Assembly: GCA_963667725.2 (NCBI GenBank)
Contig: CAXXHO010000003.1
Location: 704,001-768,000, forward strand
From: Treponemataceae bacterium
GTDB lineage: Bacteria > Spirochaetota > Spirochaetia > Treponematales > Rectinemataceae
DNA: 64,000 nucleotides
Direction of reading: 5' to 3'
The translations under genes and the position numbers were made by a program. The notes below the pieces were generated by a model, which saw only the letters and a list, made by a program, of their open reading frames with translations, was not told the DNA's origin and did no database searches. Position 1 is the stretch's first letter, and each line of letters begins with the position of its first letter. This document shows, one piece after another, positions 10,285 through 20,135 of the stretch.

Positions 10285-11475
10285 TCATTTGATCGTGACG
10301 ACCTTGGACTGCCTGTAAGCCTGTTCCGAGATTTCGTTGCCTATACCGGGTTCGTTCGGCACTTCGAAATACCCGTTGACCGGCTGGGGATTGTGCTTGG
10401 AGAGGCATGCGTTCCACGCGCAGCGGTTGGCGATGTGGTGCTCGTGGATGAGAAAATTGGGGATAACCGATTCGAGATGTAGCGCGACGTTCGTGGACAA
10501 GGGACTCGCGCAGACATGGGCCTGGACGTTCACGTCGTAGGTATATGCCATGTCGCAGATTTTCTTGGCTTCGGTCAGGCCGCCGCAGTTGCCGATATCA
10601 GGCTGGATCACCTGAAGCGACTTGTTCTCGAAGTAGGGAGCATACTGCCACCTGGAGTAGATGCGCTCGCCTGAAGCCTGGGGAATGTTGACCTTCTCGG
10701 CAATGTATTTCTGCATGTACGGAGTGGGGGTATTGGGTTCCTCGAAATAGAAGATGCGGTACTTTTCAGCCATCTGTCCGAGCTGGACCGCCGCCTGGGC
10801 ATCGAGCGAGGAATGGTTTTCGATGATGATGTCCAGATCCTGGCCGCATTGGGCGCGGATTGCCTTGAGCCTGTCCTCGATCATATGCATGAACTTCGGA
10901 TGGATGATGTGCGTGCGCTCTTCTTCTCCGAAAGTTTCGCCGTTGGGGCCGTAGGTGAAGAAATCGATCTTCACGGCGTCGTAGCCTTCGTTCATGGCTC
11001 TCTGGCATACATCAGCATAATCCTCGGTCGTATAGGACTGCTTGCCCATTCCCACTTTAGAATCCCAATCCCAGCCGAACTGAAGCTGGGAAGCATAGGC
11101 TCTGAGTTTGTCCCTGCGTTTTCCGCCCAGGAGGGCATGGAGAGGCTGATTGAAGAACTTGCCTTTGATATCCCAGAGGGCGATATCGATGGCGCTGATG
11201 CCGGAGAAAACGATCGGGCCGCCGTTCTGTCCCCAGAAGGTGGTCTTGTACATCTTGTCCCAGATAACCTCGTTTTTCAGGGGGTCCATCCCGATGATGA
11301 TCTTCGCGAGGTCTTGGACCATCCCGAAGGCCGCGGTCTGGCCGGAGACATAGGCGACGGCTGCTTCTCCGTCCCCGCAGATGCCTGAGTCCGTATACAC
11401 GCGGCAGAGAATTGGGTGCCAGATGGGATTGTCGGGGACATCGACAAGCAGCACGTCCACTTTCGTAATTTTCAT
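10285..11475 (-). CDS. Mandelate racemase/muconate lactonizing (enolase superfamily) enzyme, probable sugar-acid dehydratase
   Basis: SAIDIALWDIKGK, KID, ENH, EEP, GER and HEHH motifs. Confidence 0.9.
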   Translation of the reverse strand: MKITKVDVLLVDVPDNPIWHPILCRVYTDSGICGDGEAAVAYVSGQTAAFGMVQDLAKIIIGMDPLKNEVIWDKMYKTTFWGQNGGPIVFSGISAIDIALWDIKGKFFNQPLHALLGGKRRDKLRAYASQLQFGWDWDSKVGMGKQSYTTEDYADVCQRAMNEGYDAVKIDFFTYGPNGETFGEEERTHIIHPKFMHMIEDRLKAIRAQCGQDLDIIIENHSSLDAQAAVQLGQMAEKYRIFYFEEPNTPTPYMQKYIAEKVNIPQASGERIYSRWQYAPYFENKSLQVIQPDIGNCGGLTEAKKICDMAYTYDVNVQAHVCASPLSTNVALHLESVIPNFLIHEHHIANRCAWNACLSKHNPQPVNGYFEVPNEPGIGNEISEQAYRQSKVVTIK

Positions 11476-11553
11476 TGTTGCTCCTTTGCGGCGCTTCTAT
11501 CAGCCGCGCGCCGTTTCATCGCGCGGCTGATTTACGCGGCTGCGCTGTGCCGT

Positions 11554-12756
11554 TCAAGCCCAGCGATTGGCTTTGATGGTCACCACTTCGCTCGCGGCGA
11601 TCGTCTCGTCCGTCAGCTCGTTGCCGATGCCGGGTCTTTCGGGGACGCTGAAGTAGCCGTTGACGGGCTGATAATCGTACTTGCAGAGATTGATGTTCGC
11701 GTCGAGAAGGGCGGCTTCATGGTGTTCGTGGATGACGAAGTTGGGGATGACAGCCTCGACCTGGAGCGCCGCGGCCGTGGAGATCGGGCCGCCGCAGATG
11801 TGGATCTGGACGCCGACGTCGTAGACGTGGGCCATGTCGCAGATTTTCTTGCCTTCGGAGATGCCGCCTGTGTTGCAGAGATCGGGCTGGATGATGCCCA
11901 CCGAACCCTGTTCGAAGAATTCGCGGAAGCCCCAGCGGGAATAGGATCTTTCGCCGGTAGCCATCGGGATCTTCACGTTGTCGGCGATCTCGCGGAACAA
12001 GGTCTGGTTAAGGGGCTGCGTCGGCTCCTCATAATAGAAGCAGCGGAACTTCTCGAGCTCGCGGCCGAGTTGGATGGCAGTCTTCTTGTCGGTGAGGGAA
12101 TGGAGCTCGATGATGATGTCGAGGGCGGGGCCGCCGGCTTCGCGTATCGCCGCGACGCGATCGACCGCGATCTTCAGCTGGTCATATTCCAGGATTCCGT
12201 AGTTGCTCCAGCCCATCCAGCGACCCTGGAGGTCGAAGCCGACCGGGTCCACTTTAATGCAGTTGTAGCCGTCGGCGATGGCCTTCCTGGCCGCGTCGCC
12301 GTACTGTTCGGGTTTGGAGAGAGCATGGCATTCCTTGCCCCAGTCGAACTGGATCTGGCTGGCATAGGCGCGGAGCTTGTCGTTCGTCTTTCCGCCGAGA
12401 AGCTGGTACACGGGTACGCCGAGCGCCTTTCCCTTGATGTCCCAGAGCGCGATATCGATCGCGCTGATCCCCGAGAAGATTACTCCGCCGCCGCCCATTC
12501 CCCAGAATGTCGAGCGATGCAGCTTGTTCCAGACTTTCTCGATGTTCATCGGGTCCATGCCGATGATGAGTTCGGCGAAATCCTTGCACATGCCGAAGGC
12601 AGCGTTGTTGGCGTTGCCGTAGCAGAGTCCGGCCTCGCCGAAACCGCTGATTCCTTCGTCGGTGTTGACGCGCACGCAAATGGGATTCCAGGGTGTTCCC
12701 TTCACGCTCGGCTGGCCTGTCAGGACCTTGATGACATCCACGCTTGTGATCTTCAT
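11554..12756 (-). CDS. Second MR/MLE-family probable sugar-acid dehydratase
   Basis: Same motif set (KVD, ELH, EEP, GER, HEHH). Start MKITSVD at 12756 follows AGGAGG. Confidence 0.9.
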   Translation of the reverse strand: MKITSVDVIKVLTGQPSVKGTPWNPICVRVNTDEGISGFGEAGLCYGNANNAAFGMCKDFAELIIGMDPMNIEKVWNKLHRSTFWGMGGGGVIFSGISAIDIALWDIKGKALGVPVYQLLGGKTNDKLRAYASQIQFDWGKECHALSKPEQYGDAARKAIADGYNCIKVDPVGFDLQGRWMGWSNYGILEYDQLKIAVDRVAAIREAGGPALDIIIELHSLTDKKTAIQLGRELEKFRCFYYEEPTQPLNQTLFREIADNVKIPMATGERSYSRWGFREFFEQGSVGIIQPDLCNTGGISEGKKICDMAHVYDVGVQIHICGGPISTAAALQVEAVIPNFVIHEHHEAALLDANINLCKYDYQPVNGYFSVPERPGIGNELTDETIAASEVVTIKANRWA

Positions 12757-12829
12757 TGCTTCTCTCCTCCTTGTCGATTGGATAGCCATATATGAAATTT
12801 CTCTTTATTCGACGCTCGGCGGGACGCGG

Positions 12830-13567
12830 TCATGGGGAGACCTGGTCGACGCTTATTTTTCGTTCGTAGACGACAACAAGCTCGTCTATCATTTTCGTAA
12901 AGGCTTCCACGGCGGCTCGCTGGTCTCTGTTCTTGAAGGCAGCCAGGACTTTTCCGTGGTGATCCATGCCCGCGGCCAGGGTGGGAATGCCATAGGCTTC
13001 CCTATAGTGCTGTTCGTTTTCCCCAAGGTGGAGGAAGAAGAGCTCTGACATGGATTCGTAGATTTCTATGAACAGACTGTTCTTCGACATCAGGAAAACC
13101 TGGTGATGGAACCTGTAGTCGTAGCTGACAGTCTTCTTGTAGTCCTCAGCGCAGAGCGCGTTCCAGTACTCGCTGAAAATGCTTTCGAGCGCTTCGATGT
13201 CGCTCGCGTCGGCTTTCTTGATTCCCAATTTCAGGCATTCGATTTCCAGAGCCTTGCGAAACTCCAGGATTTCGAGGGCATTTTTGGGTTTCGAAAAAAT
13301 GGAGCTCAGACCTTTCAGGAAGACGGCGGGGTTGAACTCGATGACGTAGGTGCCTTCGCCCATTCTTACTTCGACGAGCCCGAAGGTTTCCAGCTTCTTG
13401 ATCGCCGCTCTCACCGACATTCTGCTCACGCCGAATTCGGAGGCGAGCTGGATCTCTGAGGGCAGGGATTCTCCGGGCTCCCACTTCCCCGCGATGATCG
13501 ACTTTTTAAGTTCCTCGAAAATCTGGTCGGGGACGCTCGTTCTCTCGATCTTTCTGTAACCTTCCAT
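12830..13567 (-). CDS. GntR/FadR-family transcriptional regulator
   Basis: LPSE.QLA.EFGVSR.SVRAA winged HTH plus FCD domain. The real start is MEGYRK at 13567; the upstream part of the track ORF is spurious. Confidence 0.9.
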   Translation of the reverse strand: MEGYRKIERTSVPDQIFEELKKSIIAGKWEPGESLPSEIQLASEFGVSRMSVRAAIKKLETFGLVEVRMGEGTYVIEFNPAVFLKGLSSIFSKPKNALEILEFRKALEIECLKLGIKKADASDIEALESIFSEYWNALCAEDYKKTVSYDYRFHHQVFLMSKNSLFIEIYESMSELFFLHLGENEQHYREAYGIPTLAAGMDHHGKVLAAFKNRDQRAAVEAFTKMIDELVVVYERKISVDQVSP

Positions 13568-13636
13568 CGTTTCGGATTCCCCTTGTTTGACTGATCGACT
13601 GATGAACTGTTTGCTGTCCGGTTGTTCGCTAGGCCC

Positions 13637-13665
13637 AGGATAGGGCCAGTTTTTAATCCTGTCAA
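13637..13665 (-). promoter_or_regulatory. Putative sigma70 promoter for the leftward FadR gene / TRAP-dehydratase operon
   Basis: TTGACA-N17-TATCCT on the minus strand, preceded by an A-tract. Confidence 0.6.
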
Positions 13666-13804
13666 CTTTTTTTTGAAATTTCTTTGAGCAGGGAAGAAGT
13701 CTCGCATTATTGACTTCAAGGTCGAATGACGATTCAATGAAGAGGGTTTCTCCGGCGCAGGCGCCGGGACCGCGATTTTGACGTCGAAAAGCCGAAGGAT
13801 TCGA

Positions 13805-14539
13805 ATGAAAATTAAAAAAACTTCCTTGCCCGATGAAATTTGCGACAGCATCAAGGCATCGATCAAGAATGGGGAGTGGAAGCTTCAGGAAAAACTGCCT
13901 TCCGAGAACGAACTTTCGGAAATGTTCGGCGTTAACCGCTTGACCATCCGCATGGCGTTGCAGAAGCTGAACTCGCAGGGTATCGTCGAAACACGCGTGG
14001 GCGAGGGTACCTATGTAAAGGATTTCAGCTTCAGTACCTACATCGGCGAGGTATCCGACTTCTACCTCATGCCCGAGATGATCGATAATGTGTGCGAGTA
14101 CAGGCAGCTTCTCGAAGTGGAGTGCGCCAGGCTCGCCATCGAGCGCGCCTCTCCCGAGGAGGTGGAGGCGCTTGGCGCGGTCTGCGACCGCTACGACAAG
14201 ACCAATCTGAGGGTGTTCGCTATCGCCGACTGGAATTCTGAACTGATGCAGGAACTGATCGAGCGTGATCTCGAGTTTCATTATGAGATCGTGAAACTTT
14301 CGAAAAACATACTCTATAGATACTCGTTCGAGGTGGCGAGGGAACCGATATTCCGCTATCTGCAGATGATCGTCACCCAGCGACACAAGAGTTCCATAGG
14401 GAATCGCGAGCTCATAGCCAAAGCTTGTTCCCAGCATAGGATGATCTTCGAGGCCATCCGCGACAAGGATTTCGTGAAGTGCAGGAACGCGATCCTCAAG
14501 ATGATCGATTATACCATAGACCTCAGCGAACTGGCATAG
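13805..14539 (+). CDS. GntR/FadR-family transcriptional regulator
   Basis: LPSENELSEMFGVNR.TIR.AL HTH and FCD domain (DLEFH, QHRMIFEAI). Confidence 0.9.
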   Translation: MKIKKTSLPDEICDSIKASIKNGEWKLQEKLPSENELSEMFGVNRLTIRMALQKLNSQGIVETRVGEGTYVKDFSFSTYIGEVSDFYLMPEMIDNVCEYRQLLEVECARLAIERASPEEVEALGAVCDRYDKTNLRVFAIADWNSELMQELIERDLEFHYEIVKLSKNILYRYSFEVAREPIFRYLQMIVTQRHKSSIGNRELIAKACSQHRMIFEAIRDKDFVKCRNAILKMIDYTIDLSELA

Positions 14540-14575
14540 GCCGATCCGCCTAAGCTCCTGGTCTTCGGCCCCGCG

Positions 14576-15475
14576 CTAAGCCATGAGGCTGGCGAAAATA
14601 GGGATGGTGAACACCGACAGGATCGTCGTGGCGAAGACGACTTCCGACGCGAAGGACGAATCCGCTCCGACCGATTCCGCGATGACGACGGTCTGGGCGC
14701 CGGCGGGCATGGCCGTCATGATGAGGGCGATGCCCGGGGCAAGCCCCGTCGAGCCGGTGAGCTTGATTATGCCGTACACGGCGAGCGGAATGCAGACGAG
14801 CCTCACCGCGATCGCCACCAGCAGCGCTTTTTCGGGAAGAATCCTCTCCACGCGAATATTGGCTATATTGGCGCCGACGATGAACATCGCGAGCGGCGTC
14901 TGAAGCTTTGCCATAAGCCCCACCGATTCGAGCAGGAAGTTAGGAAGGGAAAAGGGCAGGAACCAGAGGATAATGCCCAAGGAGATCGCGATAATGCCCG
15001 GGTTCAGCAGGATTTTTTTAAGCCGTCCCTTCTCCGCCTTTTCCTGGAAAAGGGAAAGACCGTAGGTGTAGATCAGAATCATGTACGCGACGTTGTAGAT
15101 CGAGGCGAACATCATGCCTTTGGTTCCGGCTATGCTCTGCGCCACGGGCAAGCCCATGAAGGCGGAATTCGTGAATACGGTGATGAAAGACAGCACCTTG
15201 CGCTGGTTATCCGGAAAGCGCCGGTAGGCGAAGGACGCGAGGGCTATCGATGCTCCATGAATGGCGAAAGACCATAAAGCCATTATTCCAAGCTCGGGCA
15301 GCACGGATTTCGGGATGCTTCGATCAAGGCTGACCAGGAACGCGAAGGGGAGGGCGATATTCACCATGAACGACGAGAGACCGCGCAGGAATACCGCATC
15401 GACCGCTTTGAATTTCTTGGCGGCGAAACCGATCGCCATGATGACGAATATCGATAGAATTTTTTCCAGGACCAC
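14576..15475 (-). CDS. AEC (auxin efflux carrier / malate permease) family transporter
   Basis: FTNSAFMGLP, LLNP, AMPAG and TTILS motifs; about 10 TM segments; GTG start. Confidence 0.88.
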   Translation of the reverse strand: MVLEKILSIFVIMAIGFAAKKFKAVDAVFLRGLSSFMVNIALPFAFLVSLDRSIPKSVLPELGIMALWSFAIHGASIALASFAYRRFPDNQRKVLSFITVFTNSAFMGLPVAQSIAGTKGMMFASIYNVAYMILIYTYGLSLFQEKAEKGRLKKILLNPGIIAISLGIILWFLPFSLPNFLLESVGLMAKLQTPLAMFIVGANIANIRVERILPEKALLVAIAVRLVCIPLAVYGIIKLTGSTGLAPGIALIMTAMPAGAQTVVIAESVGADSSFASEVVFATTILSVFTIPIFASLMA

Positions 15476-15555
15476 CTAACGTCTCCTAGCTTCGATTTCT
15501 CTATCCTATCCCGCAGGTGGTCGCGAGTTCTAGTATGAGCGCGAATGGTCGGGGT

Positions 15556-15957
15556 TTATTTCGGTTCAGCTACCGTTGCCGCCGCCGTATTGGCCGCCAG
15601 GGCGTCCTGTATGAGTTTGGACAGCCTCAGCAGCGTATCGTCCGACAGGGTGTCAACCTTCGATTTCAGCTCTTCCACGGTGGCCAGAGCGGCTTCCAGT
15701 TCTCCGGCCGAAAGCTTCGCGGCTTCCAGATCGGCCGTAAGCTGGGCAACGAGCGTCTTGATGGCCTCGATTTCCTTGATGGCGTTTTCCGCGTTGGTCA
15801 AGGCGGCGCTCATGGAATTCAGTTTTTCGTCGGTGGCCGTTGTATAGGCGGCAAGTTCCGACTTGGAGACGCCGCCCATCGACTTAAGCATGGAAGCGCA
15901 GCCGGTCAGCGACACGATACACCCGATCACGATTATAAATGATACGATTTTTTTCAT
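15556..15957 (-). CDS. Hypothetical coiled-coil lipoprotein
   Basis: MKK + hydrophobic stretch + LTGC lipobox; heptad-like Ala/Leu-rich body; AGGAGG RBS. Confidence 0.75.
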   Translation of the reverse strand: MKKIVSFIIVIGCIVSLTGCASMLKSMGGVSKSELAAYTTATDEKLNSMSAALTNAENAIKEIEAIKTLVAQLTADLEAAKLSAGELEAALATVEELKSKVDTLSDDTLLRLSKLIQDALAANTAAATVAEPK

Positions 15958-16112
15958 GAGAGCCTCCTAGTGCATTGTAGTGCAGGAGTATCTAAGCTTC
16001 AAACATTATCTTCAGGAAAATTAGGCTGATCGTGAAAATTCCTCGATCTTGCGGCAGCGCGGGGCATGAATCGGTTGATTCACGCGCAACGGCTAATGAA
16101 TGCAGCGAATTA

Positions 16113-16179
16113 AAATATAGACAAAGTGTTTAATAGGTCTATTGAAATATAGACAAATACTTGATAGAATACATTCTAT
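16113..16179 (+). promoter_or_regulatory. Promoter with direct repeats upstream of the DUF2087-like gene
   Basis: AAATATAGACAAA at 16113 and 16145; TTGAAA-N17-TAGAAT with extended -10 TG, ending 7 nt before ATG 16178. Confidence 0.65.
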
Positions 16180-16957
16180 GATAGACGAAAAGCTTATTGA
16201 ATCCAGATCCGGCAACGACCTGGCGCGCGGGTACTACCGCGGCAAAGATGGATCCTCCTTTCACTGTCTCCGTTGTGACGTCATCTTCGAGAAAGGTCGC
16301 GTATATCCCTCAGCCGGCGGCTTTTCCGCGGCCGAACGCGCGATGAAGGAACATGTCGCGGCTGACCACGGGAATCTCTTCGATGAAATTCTCGATATGG
16401 GAAAGGATGCGACGGGGATTCCCGACGCGATGGCGGAAGTGCTGCGCCTTCTCTATAAAGGGAACGCCGACAAGGAAATCGCGACCATGCTGGGCGGGAA
16501 GGCGCCCTCCACGGTGAGGAACCAGCGACGTGCCCTGCGTAGGCGCGAAACGGAAGCCAAGATTTTCCTCGCCCTCATGAAGCTCCTGGACCAGTCCGGG
16601 AAGCGTGTGGGTCGTTTTATAACCTACCCGGCTTCGATGCCCATGCAGGATGACCGCGCCGTGGTGACCGAGGAGGAAGCCCTGGCGATAGAAACCAAAT
16701 ACCTGAAGGGTGACGGGAGCTTGCTGCGGATTCCGCGCAAAGAAAAGGAAAAACTAGTCATTCTCCGCAGGATTGCCGAGCGCTTCGCGGCCGATCGCCT
16801 TTACGACCAGAAAGAAGTCGACGCCATTCTGATCCAGGCCGACGCGGACTACGCGGCGCTCAGGCGCTATCTCATCGACTATCGCTTTCTGGAGCGTGAA
16901 CCCGATGGGAGCGCCTACTGGGTGAAGGGTAAGAAACCTTCTGCCGACCAGGCTTAA
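16178..16957 (+). CDS. DUF2087-like protein with central HTH (putative regulator)
   Basis: N-terminal CxxC..H..H, HTH-like DKEIA...STVRN, and C-terminal Y.QKEVD.IL...DYA.LRRYLIDY.FL.R..DGS.YW typical of DUF2087. Confidence 0.78.
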   Translation: MIDEKLIESRSGNDLARGYYRGKDGSSFHCLRCDVIFEKGRVYPSAGGFSAAERAMKEHVAADHGNLFDEILDMGKDATGIPDAMAEVLRLLYKGNADKEIATMLGGKAPSTVRNQRRALRRRETEAKIFLALMKLLDQSGKRVGRFITYPASMPMQDDRAVVTEEEALAIETKYLKGDGSLLRIPRKEKEKLVILRRIAERFAADRLYDQKEVDAILIQADADYAALRRYLIDYRFLEREPDGSAYWVKGKKPSADQA

Positions 16958-17107
16958 AAAAATAAGGCGATTCGCTCCGTGAGACTTTTCCCGTCCCGCG
17001 CTGATGGGAAAAGTCAATAACGGATATGTTTTGTCAATATTCCGCATTGCCTATGGACTCTTTGCGATCTAGTCTTCTAGATGTAACCAAGCTCCAGGGA
17101 GTGGCAC

Positions 17108-18595
17108 ATGAAGACAGTCTGCGGAATCGACCTAGGCACCCAAAGCTGCAAAGTCCTCGTCTACGACTTCGAAGGACGGAGGATCGCGGCCCTGAGCCAG
17201 TCTCCCCTGGAGATGATCGCCCGGAACGACGGCACGCGCGAGCAGGAGGCTTCCTGGTATCGCGAGGCGCTCAAGGCTTGTTTCGCGGCGATAGATCCCG
17301 CCCTCAGGGCCACGATCGCGGGGATCGGCGTCTCGGGCCAGCAGCATGGATTCGTGGCGCTGGATGAGAAGGGGTTGCCGATCCGGCCCGTCAAGCTTTG
17401 GTGCGACACCTCGACTGTCGCGGAATGCGCGGAACTCACCTCGGCCGCGGGAGGGGAGGGAGCCCTTCTCGCCCGGACGGGGATGCTCATGCTCCCCGGC
17501 TATACGGCTCCCAAGATTCTCTGGCTGAAAAAGCGCGAACCCGAGGCCTTTGCTCGCCTCGCCCATATACTTCTTCCCCATGATTACGTGAATTTCCTCC
17601 TCACCGGTGAGTACGCGGCCGAGTTCGGCGACGCTTCGGGCACGGCGCTTTTCGACGTGAGGGCGCGAAAATGGTCGGCGCCGATCTGCGCGCTCGTGGA
17701 TAGGCGCGTCGAGGCCTGTCTCCCGCGCCTGCTTCGGCCGGAAGAGCCGGCGGGGCGGGTCGGGGCGGCCGCCGCCCGCGAATTCGGCCTGCCTGAGGGG
17801 GCGATCGTGGCGGCGGGCGGCGGCGACAACATGATGGGCGCTCTCGGCACCGGCACGGTGCGCGACGGCTTTCTCACGATGAGCCTCGGCACCTCGGGGA
17901 CTCTCTACGGATACTCAAGCGCGCCCATCATCGATCCGAAGGGCAATCTCGCGGCCTTCTGCTCCTCGACAGGCGGCTGGCTGCCTCTTCTATGCACGAT
18001 GAACTGCACCGTCGCGAGCGAAAAAATCAGGACTCTGCTAGGCCTTGGCCTCGCCGAGCTAAACGCGCTGGCGGAAAAAGCTCCCATTGGCGCCGAGGGC
18101 CTCGTCGTACTGCCGTTTTTCAACGGCGAACGCATCCCCAACCTTCCCGAAGGCAGGGCAAGCGTCAACGGCGCCACGGCGTCCAACTTCACGAAGGAAA
18201 ATCTTTCGCGGGCGGCCATGGAATCGGCGATCTTCGGCATGAAGATCGGCCTCGATTCCTTCCGCTCACTCGGTTTCGAAGCCAGGGAAATACGCCTCAT
18301 AGGCGGCGGGGCCAAGAGCGCGCTCTGGAGGTCCATGGCCGCCAATGTCACTGGCCTCCCGGTCCGCGTCCCGGCGGGCGAGGAAGCCGCCGCGATGGGC
18401 GCGGCCCTGCAGGCTCTGTACTGCGGCGAGCGCGCCGCAGGAAGGCCGGCCAGCCTGGAAGCCCTGGTCGACGACCATATCGCCATGGACGCGAAAAGCG
18501 CCGTAGAGCCCGATCCCGCGCAATCCGGGCGCTGGGAAGCCGCCTACGCCGAATACTCGAAGTATCTCGGGGCCTTAAGCCCACTGTATGGATAA
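17108..18595 (+). CDS. xylB: Xylulokinase
   Basis: FGGY kinase motifs GIDLGT, SGQQHG, LWCD, DASGT and GGGDN; adjacent to xylA. Confidence 0.93.
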   Translation: MKTVCGIDLGTQSCKVLVYDFEGRRIAALSQSPLEMIARNDGTREQEASWYREALKACFAAIDPALRATIAGIGVSGQQHGFVALDEKGLPIRPVKLWCDTSTVAECAELTSAAGGEGALLARTGMLMLPGYTAPKILWLKKREPEAFARLAHILLPHDYVNFLLTGEYAAEFGDASGTALFDVRARKWSAPICALVDRRVEACLPRLLRPEEPAGRVGAAAAREFGLPEGAIVAAGGGDNMMGALGTGTVRDGFLTMSLGTSGTLYGYSSAPIIDPKGNLAAFCSSTGGWLPLLCTMNCTVASEKIRTLLGLGLAELNALAEKAPIGAEGLVVLPFFNGERIPNLPEGRASVNGATASNFTKENLSRAAMESAIFGMKIGLDSFRSLGFEAREIRLIGGGAKSALWRSMAANVTGLPVRVPAGEEAAAMGAALQALYCGERAAGRPASLEALVDDHIAMDAKSAVEPDPAQSGRWEAAYAEYSKYLGALSPLYG

Positions 18596-18605
18596 GGAGA
18601 ACGCA

Positions 18606-19949
18606 ATGACTGACTATTTCGTCGGGACGAAGGAATACTTTCCGGGCATCGGCCGCATACCCTTTGAGGGCCCGAAGAGCGACAACCCCCTCGCCTTCAA
18701 GTACTACGATCCGGAGCGGAAGGTCGGCGGCAAGACGATGAAGGAACAGCTTCGCTTCGCCGTCGCCTACTGGCACAGCTTCTGCGGCGACGGCCTGGAT
18801 CCCTTTGGTTCCCCGACGCACTTTTTCCCCTGGAACGACCAGCCTGCCACGCCCATGCAAGCCGCCGAGCGGAAACTCGACGCGGCCTTCGAGTTCTTCA
18901 CCAAACTGGGCGCCGAGTACTACTGTTTCCACGACCGCGACATAGCGCCCGAAGGCTCTACGCCCGCCGAAAGCGAGAAGAATCTCCGGCACATAGTGGA
19001 GCTCGCGGGCGAACGCCAGGCGGCCACGGGAGTCAAGCTCCTCTGGGCGACCGCCAACATGTTTTTCAACCCACGCTTCATGAACGGGGCGGCCACCAAT
19101 CCTGAATTTCCCGTCGTCGCCCACGCGGCCGCCCAGGTCAAGGTTGCGATCGACGCGACGATAGCCTTAGGCGGACGGGGCTATACCTTCTGGGGAGGCC
19201 GCGAGGGCTATATGAGTCTCCTCAACACGGACCTGAAGCGCGAGAAGGAACATCTCGCCCAATTCCTGACCATGGCGCGCGACTACGGCAGGAAGCAGGG
19301 ATTCAAGGGCATGTTCTACATCGAGCCGAAACCCATGGAACCCATGAAACATCAGTACGACTTCGATGTCGAGACAGTGGCGGGTTTTCTGCGCGCCTAC
19401 GGCCTGGAGAAGGATTTCCGCATCAACATCGAGGCTAATCACGCGGAACTGGCGGGCCACGATTTTTACCACGAACTGGAGACCGCCGTGTCGATGGGCT
19501 TCTTCGGCTCAGTGGACGCGAACCGCGGCGATCCGCGCAACGGCTGGGACACCGACCAGTTCCCCTCGAGTCTACAGGAGACGACGCTGGCCATGCTCGC
19601 CATCCTGAAGGCGGGCGGCTTCGTCACCGGCGGCCTTAACTTCGATGCCAAGATACGCCGCAACTCCGTCGACCCCAGCGATCTCTTCGAGGCCCACATA
19701 GGCGGCATGGACGCCTTCGCGGCGGGCCTCGTGGCCGCGCAGCGGATCATCGAGGATGGCAAACTCGCCGCCTTCTTGAAAAACCGTTACACGTCCTTTG
19801 ATTCGGGCGCAGGTGCGGAATTCGAGCGCGGCGAGCTGTCGCTGGAAACCCTCGCCGGATTCGCCTCAGCCTATGGCAGGGACGGAATCACCTCGGGCAA
19901 GCAGGAATGGCTGGAAAACCTCATCAACAGCAATATGTTCAATCTTTAA
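18606..19949 (+). CDS. xylA: Xylose isomerase (class II)
   Basis: [46 protein letters not shown] and NFDAK motifs. Confidence 0.97.
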   Translation: MTDYFVGTKEYFPGIGRIPFEGPKSDNPLAFKYYDPERKVGGKTMKEQLRFAVAYWHSFCGDGLDPFGSPTHFFPWNDQPATPMQAAERKLDAAFEFFTKLGAEYYCFHDRDIAPEGSTPAESEKNLRHIVELAGERQAATGVKLLWATANMFFNPRFMNGAATNPEFPVVAHAAAQVKVAIDATIALGGRGYTFWGGREGYMSLLNTDLKREKEHLAQFLTMARDYGRKQGFKGMFYIEPKPMEPMKHQYDFDVETVAGFLRAYGLEKDFRINIEANHAELAGHDFYHELETAVSMGFFGSVDANRGDPRNGWDTDQFPSSLQETTLAMLAILKAGGFVTGGLNFDAKIRRNSVDPSDLFEAHIGGMDAFAAGLVAAQRIIEDGKLAAFLKNRYTSFDSGAGAEFERGELSLETLAGFASAYGRDGITSGKQEWLENLINSNMFNL

Positions 19950-20014
19950 TCGTCGAGGCGCGCATGCTCGTCGCCGAGCGCGGAGCTCGCGGCAAATCGA
20001 TTGCCAGGAACGCG

Positions 20015-20096
20015 ATGCACGCGAGTGCATATTGTGTCTTGCGCGTTTGAAAAAGCGGGTGTAGGATTTTATTGAGTAAAATGCACGCGTGTGCAT
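20015..20096 (+). promoter_or_regulatory. Two palindromic operators flanking a promoter (probable LacI-family sites)
   Basis: ATGCACGCGAGTGCAT (20015-20030) and ATGCACGCGTGTGCAT (20081-20096) flank TTGCGC-N17-TAGGAT. Confidence 0.7.
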
Positions 20097-20135
20097 AAAA
20101 CAAGATCGTGCATAAAGCCAATGAGGAGGATCGAG

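Noticed and set aside
13568..14437. N-terminal extension making a 535-aa GntR fusion
   Set aside because: It is antisense to the plus-strand FadR gene and crosses the promoter region; the real start is 13567.
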